Positions 26,194 to 35,923 of a stretch of DNA of 47,232 nt are shown here, piece after piece. Each line of letters opens with the position of its first letter. The first letter of the stretch is position 1. Made by a program: the position numbers and the translations under genes. The stretch comes from Chthonomonadaceae bacterium. GTDB lineage: Bacteria; Armatimonadota; Chthonomonadetes; Chthonomonadales; Chthonomonadaceae. Location: NCBI GenBank assembly GCA_035650735.1, contig DASRGZ010000082.1:1-47232 (forward strand). The letters are read 5' to 3'. The notes beneath the pieces were generated by a model that was not told the origin of the DNA, ran no database searches, and was given only the letters and a program-made list of their open reading frames with translations.

Positions 26194-28080
26194 ATGACAG
26201 AAACCCAAAATCAAGAGTGGCAAGCGTTGGTCAGAGCATGGGATGCGGGCGGCTCCCTCCCAGAGACGGAGGCGCTCCGGCAAAACGTCGAGTGGCTGCA
26301 ATTGGCTCTGGACGCCGCGGAGATAGGCGCCTGGGATTGGGATGTCCGAACCGGCGCGGTGTGCTGGTCGGGCAATCTGGAGGCCGTGCATGGTTTCTCT
26401 CCTGGCGCCTTCGACGGCACCTTCGAGGGCTACCTGAACACCATCCATCCCGAAGACCGCGAGCGCGTGCAACAAGCCCTTACAGAGGCCCTGGCGGGAC
26501 GCGCGGACTATAACGTCGAGTTCCGCACGCTCCGGCCCGACGGCACGACCCATTGGACGGGCGCGCGCGGCAAGGTGCTGTGGGACGAGGCAGGGCAGCC
26601 CGTGCGCATGTTCGGCGTCTGCATGGACATCTCTGAGCGCAAGCGGATGCAGCAGGCGATGAAGGAAAGCGAGGAGCGGTTCCGCGCACTGGTGGAGAAT
26701 AGCTCCGACGCTATTGCGGTCATCAGTGCCGAGGGCATCTTGCTCTACGCCAGCCCCGCCACCCATCGGATACTCGGCTATGCGAAGGGAGAATATATCG
26801 GCAAAAACCCCTTCGCTCTGATTCATCCGGAGGATGTGGCCCGCATCTCCGCCGCGTTCGCCAGGCTGGTTGCCCAGCCCGGCAGCAAGGTCTCCGAGCA
26901 GTACCGGGTTCAGCATCAGGACGGCTCGTGGGTGTGGGTGGAAGGCGTGGGAACCAACCTGATCCATGAGCCGGGCATCCGGGGCATTGTCGTTAATTAT
27001 CGGGACATCACCGAGCGCAAACGCCTCGAAGAAGAGCGGCGCTACATCATGGCGAGCGCGCGCTGCCTGCTCTGGTGGGCCGAGATCGAGGATCACGGCC
27101 ATCCTGATTATCTCCACTGGGAGATGCGGCTTGCCGACCCCGAAGCGGCCCAGCGTTTCCTGCCGCTTGATATTCAGCCTGGAGAGGACTATCTGACGGC
27201 CTGGTATCGCTGCCGCCTGCCGGAAGACCGCGCGGCGTGTGATCGCTTGGGTACGGCCTCCGTCCGCGCCGGCCAGAGCTACCAGCAGGAGTTTCGCTGC
27301 TGCTGCGTGGATGGGGAGATACGCTGGCTGCATGAGGATGTGCATATCGAGGTCGTGGAAGCGGGACGGCGCTGGCGGGCCGTGGGCGTCGCCACCGACA
27401 TCACGGAACGCAAGCGGCGCGAGCAAGAGATCCAGGATTTGAACGCCCGACTCCGGCGCGCGATGGCGGAGACGCACCATCGCGTGAAGAACAACCTACA
27501 GGTGATCGCGGCCCTGGCCGAGATACAGGCTGCTGGAGCCCGTGAGACCGTGCCGGTGAGCGCGCTCCAGCGGGTCGGGCAGCACGCCGGCACGTTGGCG
27601 AGCATTCATGACCTGCTGACGCACGGCGCCAAGACCGAAGGAGACGCCCAAAGCCTCTCGGTGAAGGCGGCCCTGGAGAAGCTGCTGCCGATGATGGAGA
27701 CGACGCTGGGCTCAAAGCGCATCCGCTATCAACTGGACGAGGTGAGCCTGCCGGTACAAAAGGCCGCGGCACTGGCCCTGATGGTCAACGAGCTGCTGAG
27801 CAACGCCGCGAAACACGGCCAGGGCGATATCGAGTTGACGCTGACGGCAGACGGAACCGAGGCTCGATTGGCCGTCTGCGATGACGGCCCTGGATTTCCG
27901 CCCGATTTTGATCCCTCCAGGGCGGCTCATACCGGGCTGGAGATCGTCGAATCGGTGGGCCGGTGGGATTTACAGGGCCAGATCACCTACGAGAACCGGG
28001 AATCGGGCGGGGCGTGCGTGAGCCTACGGTTTCCTCTGCCGGAAGGCGATTCAAAGCCCCCGTCTGAAGGCATCTCCTAG
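26194..28080 (+). CDS. Cytoplasmic multi-PAS sensor histidine kinase (HisKA_2/HWE type)
   Basis: Three PAS/PAC units ending DISERK/DITERK; H-box ETHHRVKNNLQ, N-box NELLSNAAKH, DDGPG and GLEIV. Confidence 0.93.
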   Translation: MTETQNQEWQALVRAWDAGGSLPETEALRQNVEWLQLALDAAEIGAWDWDVRTGAVCWSGNLEAVHGFSPGAFDGTFEGYLNTIHPEDRERVQQALTEALAGRADYNVEFRTLRPDGTTHWTGARGKVLWDEAGQPVRMFGVCMDISERKRMQQAMKESEERFRALVENSSDAIAVISAEGILLYASPATHRILGYAKGEYIGKNPFALIHPEDVARISAAFARLVAQPGSKVSEQYRVQHQDGSWVWVEGVGTNLIHEPGIRGIVVNYRDITERKRLEEERRYIMASARCLLWWAEIEDHGHPDYLHWEMRLADPEAAQRFLPLDIQPGEDYLTAWYRCRLPEDRAACDRLGTASVRAGQSYQQEFRCCCVDGEIRWLHEDVHIEVVEAGRRWRAVGVATDITERKRREQEIQDLNARLRRAMAETHHRVKNNLQVIAALAEIQAAGARETVPVSALQRVGQHAGTLASIHDLLTHGAKTEGDAQSLSVKAALEKLLPMMETTLGSKRIRYQLDEVSLPVQKAAALALMVNELLSNAAKHGQGDIELTLTADGTEARLAVCDDGPGFPPDFDPSRAAHTGLEIVESVGRWDLQGQITYENRESGGACVSLRFPLPEGDSKPPSEGIS

Positions 28081-28177
28081 ATTCTTCTCCCTTAGAGATG
28101 CTGGAACGCCTCAATCAAGTCATGCTGAAATGGGAGGAAGATGCGTAGGATAGACGTATCCCAACGGAGGAAGCTCC

Positions 28178-28441
28178 ATGCCCCTAACGATAGACCTAAC
28201 GCCCGAAGAGGAAGCCCGTCTCAAAGCATTGGCCCAGGCCGAGGGGGTGGACGTTGCCGAGTATGTCCGCCGGCAGCTACTCACCAGCGCGCCGAAGCGC
28301 CCCATGACGCCTGCCGAAATGCTGGACTACTGGCAACAGATCGGCGTGCTCGGCGCGTGGGCCGATAGAGAGGACATTGGCGACACGGAGGAGTTCGCCG
28401 AAGAACTGCGCCGCCAGGCCAATACACGCGATTGGGAGTGA
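28178..28441 (+). CDS. Putative type II antitoxin (RHH/CopG-like, VapB-like)
   Basis: LTIDLTPEEEARLKALAQAEGVDVAEYVR N-terminus, acidic C-terminus and GGAGG SD; followed by a PIN remnant. Confidence 0.75.
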   Translation: MPLTIDLTPEEEARLKALAQAEGVDVAEYVRRQLLTSAPKRPMTPAEMLDYWQQIGVLGAWADREDIGDTEEFAEELRRQANTRDWE

Positions 28442-28445
28442 GGGC

Positions 28446-28523
28446 ATGCGGCTGCTAGATACCGACTCAAGCACTTTGCGGCCATTCCGGGTCTGCTGCT
28501 GGAACAGCCCTACAAAAACCATG
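28446..28523 (+). pseudogene. vapC-like PIN toxin remnant with a large internal deletion
   Basis: ATG 28446 gives MRLLDTD (PIN N-terminal motif). It is joined out of frame at 28469 to KHFAAIPGLLLEQPY (PIN C-terminal motif). Confidence 0.75.
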
Positions 28524-28575
28524 AGCGAGCGCAACGGCCAGTAAGGATGGCGGACTGACCGGCTCAGGCACATCC

Positions 28576-29577
28576 CTAACGCTGAATAGGGCCGACGTAG
28601 GCCGTGCTGACCACAATATCATCAAACCAGACGGTGTTGGTGCGCTTCGGATGGGCGACGCGGTTCTGACGGGCGGAGTTCTCTGTCACATAGTGGAGCA
28701 GCCAGAAGAAGTTGATTTTCAGATTGTTGCTGGTGCGCCAGCGAAAGCCCTCAAAAGGTTCTCCGTCCTGAGCCACCAGGCGGAAGCCCATGCCGCTCCA
28801 GGGGCCGCGCCGCACGCCCGGCGCAAAATGGGCGACAAGCTTCCCATCCAGCCATAACGCCAACTCGCCGTCGCGCCGGTCGGGAGCGGAATTGCACTTC
28901 ATCATGATCTCGACGCACTGCCAGCGGTTGCGCGGCACCGGCTGATCCCGCACCGGGCGCAGGCTATTGCCCCAATATTTGCCGTCGGCGGAGATCTTCA
29001 TCTCGGGCCAATAGGCGTAAAAGTTCCAGATGCCCGGCGCAGGGTAGCGCCCGTAATCCCCATACGGCTCGATGCCCGCCGTCATGCGGTCGTCGCCGCG
29101 CGGGCGCTCCCCAGCACCGCCCTGCGGGTAGGAGGTCGCCGGAAAGTAGCCGCCCAGCGTAACGAAATGATGAATATAGTCGGCTTCGGGCGCGAACTTG
29201 ACATAGAACCGCGCGAAGGCGGTATCCACGCCGCGCGGCAGGCGCGCATAGAGATGGCCGCCCGTGTTCTCGTCCAGAGTCGCCGTCATCTGCAGGGAGC
29301 GCTTCCCGGCGCTCTCTGCGGGCCTGTCCGGGCTGAACGCAAGCACTTTGCCGCCCGCATTGCTGACATCACTCCAGCGCTTGCCGAGATCTGCTATCGG
29401 ACCGGATTCAAAATTTTCCGCGAAGAGGACGTGCGGATCGTGCGCGATTCCTTGATCTCCGGGGTATTTAGCGGCCAATCCCGGCCCCTCCGGCAACCTG
29501 TGCTGCGCTGGCGCCACCTGCACCGCCAGAGCAAAGAGAGCGCAAATCCCCATCCATGCTAAGCCCCCAATAGCCAT
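28576..29577 (-). CDS. Secreted hypothetical protein, probable beta-jelly-roll (polysaccharide-lyase/ConA-like)
   Basis: Signal peptide; LFAENFE, RFYVKF, RNRWQCVEIM, DGELALWLDG and VWFDDIVVS pattern. Confidence 0.65.
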   Translation of the reverse strand: MAIGGLAWMGICALFALAVQVAPAQHRLPEGPGLAAKYPGDQGIAHDPHVLFAENFESGPIADLGKRWSDVSNAGGKVLAFSPDRPAESAGKRSLQMTATLDENTGGHLYARLPRGVDTAFARFYVKFAPEADYIHHFVTLGGYFPATSYPQGGAGERPRGDDRMTAGIEPYGDYGRYPAPGIWNFYAYWPEMKISADGKYWGNSLRPVRDQPVPRNRWQCVEIMMKCNSAPDRRDGELALWLDGKLVAHFAPGVRRGPWSGMGFRLVAQDGEPFEGFRWRTSNNLKINFFWLLHYVTENSARQNRVAHPKRTNTVWFDDIVVSTAYVGPIQR

Positions 29578-29653
29578 GTTCTGAACCTCGCTTAAGTTAT
29601 CTGCTTACCACGTGCTGCTTCCCGCTTGCCAACCGGTATGCCCTTTAAGGCGC

Positions 29654-30625
29654 CTATTCCTTATCCTCCCCTGAATCCTCCCCTGACACTCTCTTCTTGA
29701 GGATGGCATCTATCTGGGCCAGGTCTTCGGAGGAAAGTTTGACGCCGGAGGCTTTGGCGTTCTCCCGTACCTGCTCGGGGCGGGTGGCGCCGATGATGGG
29801 CGCCGTCACGGTCGGCTGATGCAGCAGCCAGGCCAGAGCCAGTTGCGAGAGAGTCAGGTCGCGTGCGTGGGCGAAATCGCCGAGCGCTTGCAGGGTCGGC
29901 AGGGATTCGCGCAGACGCTTTTCCATGCCTTCGTTGCCTGCGGCGCGCGTTCCCTCCGGGATAGCGCCGCTCAAATATTTCTCCGAGAGCAATCCCTGTG
30001 CTAGAGGGGAGTAGGGAATAAGGCCTAATCCCTCCTTCGCGCAGCGCGGAACATCCCGCTCCTCAATGCCCCGATCGAGCATGTTATAGTAGGGCTGGGA
30101 GGAGATGAACTTATTCAAGTTGTGCTGCTCGCAGAAGCGGGCCGCTTCGCCGATCAGTTCACTGCCAAAGTTCGAGCAGCCGATGTAGCGCACTTTGCCC
30201 GCCTGGACGAGCTCATCGAGGGCGCGCAGGGTTTCCTCCAGCGGCGTTGCGGGATCGGGCCAGTGTATCTGGTAGAGGTCAATATAGTCGGTCTGGAGGC
30301 GTCGCAGGCTGTCATGGCAGGCGTCTAGAATATGCTTGCGGCTCGCGCCCTCCCCATTGGGGCCGGGCCACATCCGTCCGCGGCATTTGGTGGCGATGGT
30401 CAGCGTGCGCCGATCCTTGCCCTTCATCCAGCGGCCCATCACCTCCTCGGCTTTGCCGCCTGCATAGACATCGGCGGTATCGAAGAAATCAATACCTTCT
30501 TCCACCGCGGCTTCCAGCACCGCGAACGTCTGTGCGTCCTCAATCCGTCCGCCGAAATTGATCCAGGCGCCCAGACAGATTTCCGATACCTTCAGGCCGG
30601 ATCGGCCCAACTGCCGGTAGTTCAT
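29654..30625 (-). CDS. Aldo/keto reductase
   Basis: LGRSGLKVSEICLG, FDTADVY, SLRRLQTDYIDLYQIH, GKVRYIGCSN, YSPLAQGLL and PIIGA motifs. Confidence 0.95.
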   Translation of the reverse strand: MNYRQLGRSGLKVSEICLGAWINFGGRIEDAQTFAVLEAAVEEGIDFFDTADVYAGGKAEEVMGRWMKGKDRRTLTIATKCRGRMWPGPNGEGASRKHILDACHDSLRRLQTDYIDLYQIHWPDPATPLEETLRALDELVQAGKVRYIGCSNFGSELIGEAARFCEQHNLNKFISSQPYYNMLDRGIEERDVPRCAKEGLGLIPYSPLAQGLLSEKYLSGAIPEGTRAAGNEGMEKRLRESLPTLQALGDFAHARDLTLSQLALAWLLHQPTVTAPIIGATRPEQVRENAKASGVKLSSEDLAQIDAILKKRVSGEDSGEDKE

Positions 30626-30630
30626 AATCC

Positions 30631-33600
30631 CTATCCTCCTTCCATGCCCTCGGCAGGCGGCGAGGGCGTCGTTGATGGCGTTAAGAGGGTGCGCAACGCG
30701 GCAATCAGCGCCGCCACCGTCACAGGTTTGGAGAGCATCAATTCCGCGGCGGAGGTATCCGCGCCGCCTGGCGGCGTTGCGCCCCAGCCGGACAGCAGCA
30801 CGCGCCGCACGTGCGGATACAGTTGCCGGATATGGGCCAGAAGCTCCAGCCCCGTCATGCCGACCATGCCATGATCGGCGATCACCACGTCGCAGATGCC
30901 GTCGGCCTCCTGCAGCCAGGCGAGGGCCTGTGCCGCGCTGTCCACTGCCTGTACCGTCGCGCCCGACTGCGCCAGGCTGCGCGCCACCGCCTCCCGAACG
31001 GACTCTTCATCCTCCACCAGCAGGACGCGGGCCTGCAAGGGCATCCGACCTGTCGGCGGCGCGGGCGCGGAAGCAGAGGGACGGCGGGAAAGGCGCACGC
31101 GCATGGTCGTGCCGCATCCTGGCGCGCTCTGGACTTCGATCCGCCCGCCATGCCGGTCTACGAGGCTCCAGGCGATAGAGAGACCCAGGCCCGTTCCGCG
31201 CTCCACGCCTTTGGTCGTAAAGAACGGCTCGAAGACGCGGCCCGCCGTCGCCGCATCCATCCCCACGCCAGTATCGGCCACCTCTGCGAGGGCTTCCTGG
31301 CCCGAGGCGGCACAGCGCACGATGAGGATACCGCCCTGCGGCATGGCGTCACAGGCATTGCGGATCAGATTCACAAAGACTTCCCGCAGCTCGGTAGGAT
31401 GTCCCGCCACGATCAGGCCGGGCCGCAGATCGCGCACCACCTCGATAGGCGTGCCGTTGGCCAGCGCCTCGTTATGCCAGCGGGCGCGCGTCAGCTCCAG
31501 GGCCTCGGCCAGGATGGCGGCCAGGTCGGTTGGCTGGCGGGCCTCCTCGCCGGACTGCCGCGCAAAGCGCTGCAGCCGCCGAACGATCTCGGAGCCATCC
31601 AGCGCCGCCTTCTCGATGATCTGGGCGTCCCGCGTCACCGCTTCCGGGACATCGGTTTCGCTCTGGATCAGTTCCGCATAACCGAGAATCGCCGCCAGCA
31701 GGTTGTTGATATTGTGGGCGACGCCGCTGGCCAGCTCACCCACGGCGCGCAGCGTTTCGGCGCGCACCAACGCTTCCTGCGTCTGCTTGAGCGAGCGATA
31801 GAGGTCGGCGTTGTGCAGCGCCAGCGCCAGCGAAGGAGCCAGCACTTCCAGGGTCGCCTGCTCCTCGGCAGAGAAGGCATCGCGCCCGGCGCGCGCCAGA
31901 TTCAGCACGCCCAGGCAGCGCCCATCCATCCACAACTCGATGTGCAGCATCGAGCCAATACCCAGCGCCCTTATCTGATCAGAGAGGGGACCGCCATCAT
32001 TGGCGGCATTGGGCCGGTAGTAGAGGATCGGGCTGAGGCGGGCGCGCTGCAGCGCGCCCGGCGTGCTCCGCTGGATGGCGCCGACAGGAGGCCAGAGGGG
32101 GGAATCGGTCGCATTCCAGGCGGCGGCGACGCGCCATTCGCCCGGCGCCTCGCCCGGGCGCGTGATGCTCACCCGCAGATACGCGCCCAGCCGGCGTACC
32201 TCTGTGATCACGCGCTCCAGCACCGCGTCAGGGTCGAGCGTGGAGCCGACCGCCCGGGAAACGGCATTGACCAGGGCTTCGCGGTGCGCCTGCCGTTCCG
32301 CCTGGATGAGCGCCTGATCCCGCTCGGCCTGTAACTGCGCTCGGTGAATGGCCGCTGCTGCCTGCTCGCAGAAGGGCAGCAGCGCCTCGGCATCCGCTGC
32401 TTCGATAGGGCGGCCCGAACGCAGATTATCCATCGAGATCATGCCGAGCACCTGGCCCCGAGCGCGCAGGGTAATCTCGATATGGTCGCCGACGGCGCGC
32501 AGCGGATGGTCCTCCGGCAGGCTCTCGCCCAGGCTGTGGCACAATAAGTATGGGGTTTCGCCCCGCAGCATGCGCGCGGTCTCGGCGATGGCGCCCGTCT
32601 CTTCTCGCAGCGTCAGCGGCCAGGCGGTTCCCGAGAGATCCTTAAGCCGCCCTTCCGCATCCGTCCCGAACACGCCACGCATCTGCTGCGCCTCGGCATC
32701 GTAGAGGAACAGGGCCGCGCGGTCGAAGCCGCTGGTCTGCGCGATGGCCTCATACACCAGGCGGAGGATGGCCTGCAAGTCCTGGCTGGCGTTGATGGCG
32801 TTGCCAATTTCCAGCAGGCGGCGCTGCCGGTCCAGCAGACGCTGCCGCTCGGCGGAGAGGGCCGTATTGTGCAGGGCGAGGGCGGCATGCGTGCCGATCT
32901 GCTCGAAGAAGGCGATGTCCTCCGGCGAGAACGAATCGGCTGCGGCCCGCAGGAGCATCAGCACGCCCTGCGCCTGTCCCTCGAAGACCAGCGGAATATA
33001 CAGCGCCGTGCGGCAGCCTTCGGCCAGGATACGGCCACGCCAGGACGATTCGGTCTGCTCTATATCCGGCACGTAGCAAACCTGACGCTCCTGCATGGCC
33101 CGGCGAACGAACGCTCCCATCAGCCCAACCGGGCCGTCCGCAGGATAGAACCCGGAGATCGGTCGGTTGGCCCGCAGTATCTGGAAGCTGGCGCTGCGGG
33201 CATCGTAGCCGGCAATGGCGGCGATCTTGCAGGGACGCCGACGCTGTATCTGGGCGATCAGGGTATCCAGGCAAGCGTCCCAATCGCGGGCGGAATGGAT
33301 GGCGCGGGCTACCTCGTTGAGCGCTTCGAGGTCGCGCACGCGCTGTTCGGCGGCGGCGGCTTTCCAGGCGCGCACCCGCTCGGTGACATCCACCGATATC
33401 ACCAGCAGGCGCGCGATCTGGCCGGAGGGGTCGCGGAGGGGAAGCGCGCACCAGTCGTAGTTGCGCACTTCCCCGTTGCGCAGGCGAAACTCCACGCCAA
33501 GGGCATGAAGCGGCTGGCCCGTCTGTGCTGCCGATTCCAGATCGGCGCGCAGCCAGCCGGCATCGCTGGCCTCGCCGATCCAATAGAGCGGCTGGCCGAT

Positions 33601-33801
33601 CATCTCTCCCTCCGCCTCGGCCTGCCCCGCCAGGGCGCGGCGCCAGACCGCGCGGGCGGCGGCGTTGGCGCGCAGCACGCGCAGGCTGTGTGCCTCCAGC
33701 AGCGCGATAATGAAGGGAACGGCCTCAAAGACGGCGGCATTGTGTTCCTGCTCGTCCAGCAGATGCCGCAGCAGGCTCTCCTGTGTTTCCGTCTCTTCCA
33801 T
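30631..33801 (-). CDS. Soluble hybrid histidine kinase (PAS, three GAF, HisKA, HATPase, REC)
   Basis: H-box GVAHNINN, NLIRNACDA, DTGVG, FEPFFTTK, GTGLGL; receiver LLVEDE..IADHGM..LSKP. Start at ATG 33801, just after the upstream stop. Confidence 0.92.
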   Translation of the reverse strand: MEETETQESLLRHLLDEQEHNAAVFEAVPFIIALLEAHSLRVLRANAAARAVWRRALAGQAEAEGEMIGQPLYWIGEASDAGWLRADLESAAQTGQPLHALGVEFRLRNGEVRNYDWCALPLRDPSGQIARLLVISVDVTERVRAWKAAAAEQRVRDLEALNEVARAIHSARDWDACLDTLIAQIQRRRPCKIAAIAGYDARSASFQILRANRPISGFYPADGPVGLMGAFVRRAMQERQVCYVPDIEQTESSWRGRILAEGCRTALYIPLVFEGQAQGVLMLLRAAADSFSPEDIAFFEQIGTHAALALHNTALSAERQRLLDRQRRLLEIGNAINASQDLQAILRLVYEAIAQTSGFDRAALFLYDAEAQQMRGVFGTDAEGRLKDLSGTAWPLTLREETGAIAETARMLRGETPYLLCHSLGESLPEDHPLRAVGDHIEITLRARGQVLGMISMDNLRSGRPIEAADAEALLPFCEQAAAAIHRAQLQAERDQALIQAERQAHREALVNAVSRAVGSTLDPDAVLERVITEVRRLGAYLRVSITRPGEAPGEWRVAAAWNATDSPLWPPVGAIQRSTPGALQRARLSPILYYRPNAANDGGPLSDQIRALGIGSMLHIELWMDGRCLGVLNLARAGRDAFSAEEQATLEVLAPSLALALHNADLYRSLKQTQEALVRAETLRAVGELASGVAHNINNLLAAILGYAELIQSETDVPEAVTRDAQIIEKAALDGSEIVRRLQRFARQSGEEARQPTDLAAILAEALELTRARWHNEALANGTPIEVVRDLRPGLIVAGHPTELREVFVNLIRNACDAMPQGGILIVRCAASGQEALAEVADTGVGMDAATAGRVFEPFFTTKGVERGTGLGLSIAWSLVDRHGGRIEVQSAPGCGTTMRVRLSRRPSASAPAPPTGRMPLQARVLLVEDEESVREAVARSLAQSGATVQAVDSAAQALAWLQEADGICDVVIADHGMVGMTGLELLAHIRQLYPHVRRVLLSGWGATPPGGADTSAAELMLSKPVTVAALIAALRTLLTPSTTPSPPAEGMEGG

Positions 33802-33809
33802 GTGGGCGT

Positions 33810-35186
33810 TTACAGCTTGGGCAGCTTCCAGGGCGCGCGGTATTCGGGCGTTATCAGGTGATTGGCCTCCCGGTCGCCGACGACTTCCCACTTCTCCGCG
33901 TCCCAGTGGAGCTTGCGCCCAACATGCAGGGAGAGATGCGCCAGGTTCATGGCGGTATGCAGGGGAAGATGGTTGGCGAAGCTGCAGGAGCACTCCTGGC
34001 GCGATTTGACGCCATCAATGAACTCGCGCTCGTGGCCCGGCGAATCCGGCACCGACTTGGGATAGTTAACCCCTTCCACTTCCTTGCCGTCCTTGTCGGT
34101 CACCTGCGGCGTGCCGTAGTTGACAATGGCGAGGGTGCCCTCTTTGCCGTGGAAGACGATCCCATTGTGGCGGCCCGGTCCCGGAGCGCCTACGCCGAAG
34201 TGGAAGGCGTTGTGCTGCATCAGATTCCAGGTCATGGTCATATCGGGAAATTCCCAGAGAACCTGGAGGGTATCGGGCACGTCGGCGATGCTGGTGGTGG
34301 CGTACCGTCCGCCGGAGGCGGCGATGCCGGTCGGATGGCCCAGCTCCAGCGCCCAGAACGGCAGGTCCACGATATGGGGACCCAGCTCATGCAGCCAGGA
34401 ATCCACGTAATCCTTGAAGTAGCGGTGCATGCCGTCGCGGAACCGCCCGATGTTAAACGGGACTTTGGGCGCGGGTCCCAGCCACATGTCCCAGTCCAGG
34501 CCAGGCAACGGCTCGGAGTCGGGCGGGTTGCCCAGGCCCTCGGAGTTATCGTTCATGGTGCAGAAGTTGGTGACGGAGGTGATCTTGCCTAAGGCGCCGG
34601 AGCGCACCACGTCCACGCACTTATGGTAGTTGGGGGTGGCGTGTATCTGCGTGCCGACCTGGGTGATCCGCTTATACCGCTTGGCGAACTCCGCCATCAC
34701 GCGCCCCTCGGCGGGAAAGCGGCACATCGGCTTCTCGCAATAGACGTCCTTGCCGGCCTGAAGCGCCTCCGCCGCGATAATCGCGTGCCAGTGCGGGGGC
34801 GTGGCGATGGTGACCGCGTCAATATCTTTGTTCTCGAGCAGTTGGCGGTAATCGTGGTAAGCTTTGGCCTTGCCCTCTGTAGCGGCTACCGCGCGGTCAA
34901 GGTGGGTCTGGTAGACATCGCAGACGGCCCCGATCTCGACGTCCGGGAACCCGCCGAACGCTTTCATGTGCGCCCCGTAGCCGCGCCCGGCCACGCCGAT
35001 CACTCCGATGACAACCTTATCGTTTGCTGCTGTCGCCATGTTGCGTTTTGCCTCCCTTTGCGGTTCCGTCGTCGCTGCGGAAGCCGCCTGTCCTGTTGTG
35101 GCCGCCAGGATGCCCAGCGTCGCCACCGCTGCGCCGGAAGAAGCCTGGAAAAACTCCCGCCGCGTCATCTGCGTCTCTTCGCTCAT
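33810..35186 (-). CDS. Gfo/Idh/MocA family oxidoreductase with Tat signal
   Basis: TRREFFQ twin-arginine motif; IGVIGVAGRG, ATPPHWH, DVYCEKP and LDWDMWLGPAP. ATG 35186 follows AGGAG. Confidence 0.92.
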   Translation of the reverse strand: MSEETQMTRREFFQASSGAAVATLGILAATTGQAASAATTEPQREAKRNMATAANDKVVIGVIGVAGRGYGAHMKAFGGFPDVEIGAVCDVYQTHLDRAVAATEGKAKAYHDYRQLLENKDIDAVTIATPPHWHAIIAAEALQAGKDVYCEKPMCRFPAEGRVMAEFAKRYKRITQVGTQIHATPNYHKCVDVVRSGALGKITSVTNFCTMNDNSEGLGNPPDSEPLPGLDWDMWLGPAPKVPFNIGRFRDGMHRYFKDYVDSWLHELGPHIVDLPFWALELGHPTGIAASGGRYATTSIADVPDTLQVLWEFPDMTMTWNLMQHNAFHFGVGAPGPGRHNGIVFHGKEGTLAIVNYGTPQVTDKDGKEVEGVNYPKSVPDSPGHEREFIDGVKSRQECSCSFANHLPLHTAMNLAHLSLHVGRKLHWDAEKWEVVGDREANHLITPEYRAPWKLPKL

Positions 35187-35323
35187 GTTCCATCTCCTGT
35201 TCGCCGTCGGGGGAATGCTATGGGCTTGCTTACAGGCTGGCCGCGCCCTGAAGCCCGGCGTCACGCCCTGCGAATTCACCGTAGCCTTGCCGAACTCCTC
35301 CCTCACTGTTTTTTTCTATGCGG

Positions 35324-35786
35324 CCCTTCTTGACCTAACCCCCCAGCCCCCTTCCCTGCGAGGGAAGGGGGGACCCGACTTGAGAGGGTTTAAGGCCCCC
35401 CACCTCCATCCCCTCCCCCTGTTCTTGGGGGGAGGGGAGAGTCAGGGTTGGCTTCTGCTCTCCCTTCTCCCTTGTAGGGAGAAGGGCCGGGGAGGAGGGG
35501 AGATAAAAGAGAACCGAAGAACCTGGCAGTGAGAGAGTCTCCCCTCCCCTAGAATTGGGGGACAGGGGGTGGGGGCCGCAGCCATCCCAGGTTGGGTCCC
35601 CCCCTTCCCTGTGAGCGAAGCGAACGCATCAGGGAAGGGGGACGGGGGGTTAGGTCAAGAAGGGTCAGAGGTGAGGGATCCCCTACCCCCTACCCCCTAC
35701 ACCCTACCCCCTACACCCTAAACCCTACCCCCTACCCCCTACCCCCTAAACCCTAGGGTTAGGTCAAGAAGGGTCAGAGGTGAGGG
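35324..35786. repeat. Composite repeat: 21-bp TIR-bounded palindromic element plus heptamer array between 31-bp direct repeats
   Basis: CCCTTCTTGACCTAACCCCCC (35324-35344) is perfectly inverted at 35644-35664. About 10.7 copies of CCCTA(CC/CA/AA) at 35681-35755 are flanked by identical 31-mers at 35647-35677 and 35756-35786. Confidence 0.85.
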
Positions 35787-35923
35787 CCAGAATACCCGGC
35801 TGCTGGGAGGGTATAATTCTTCCTGGCCCCATGCGGGGATTTTTCGGGCCGTTTGGCAGTATATATGAGGAGGAGAAATAGATCCCTATTTCCGCTTTTA
35901 TCCTCAAGAAGGGAGTCCGGCTT

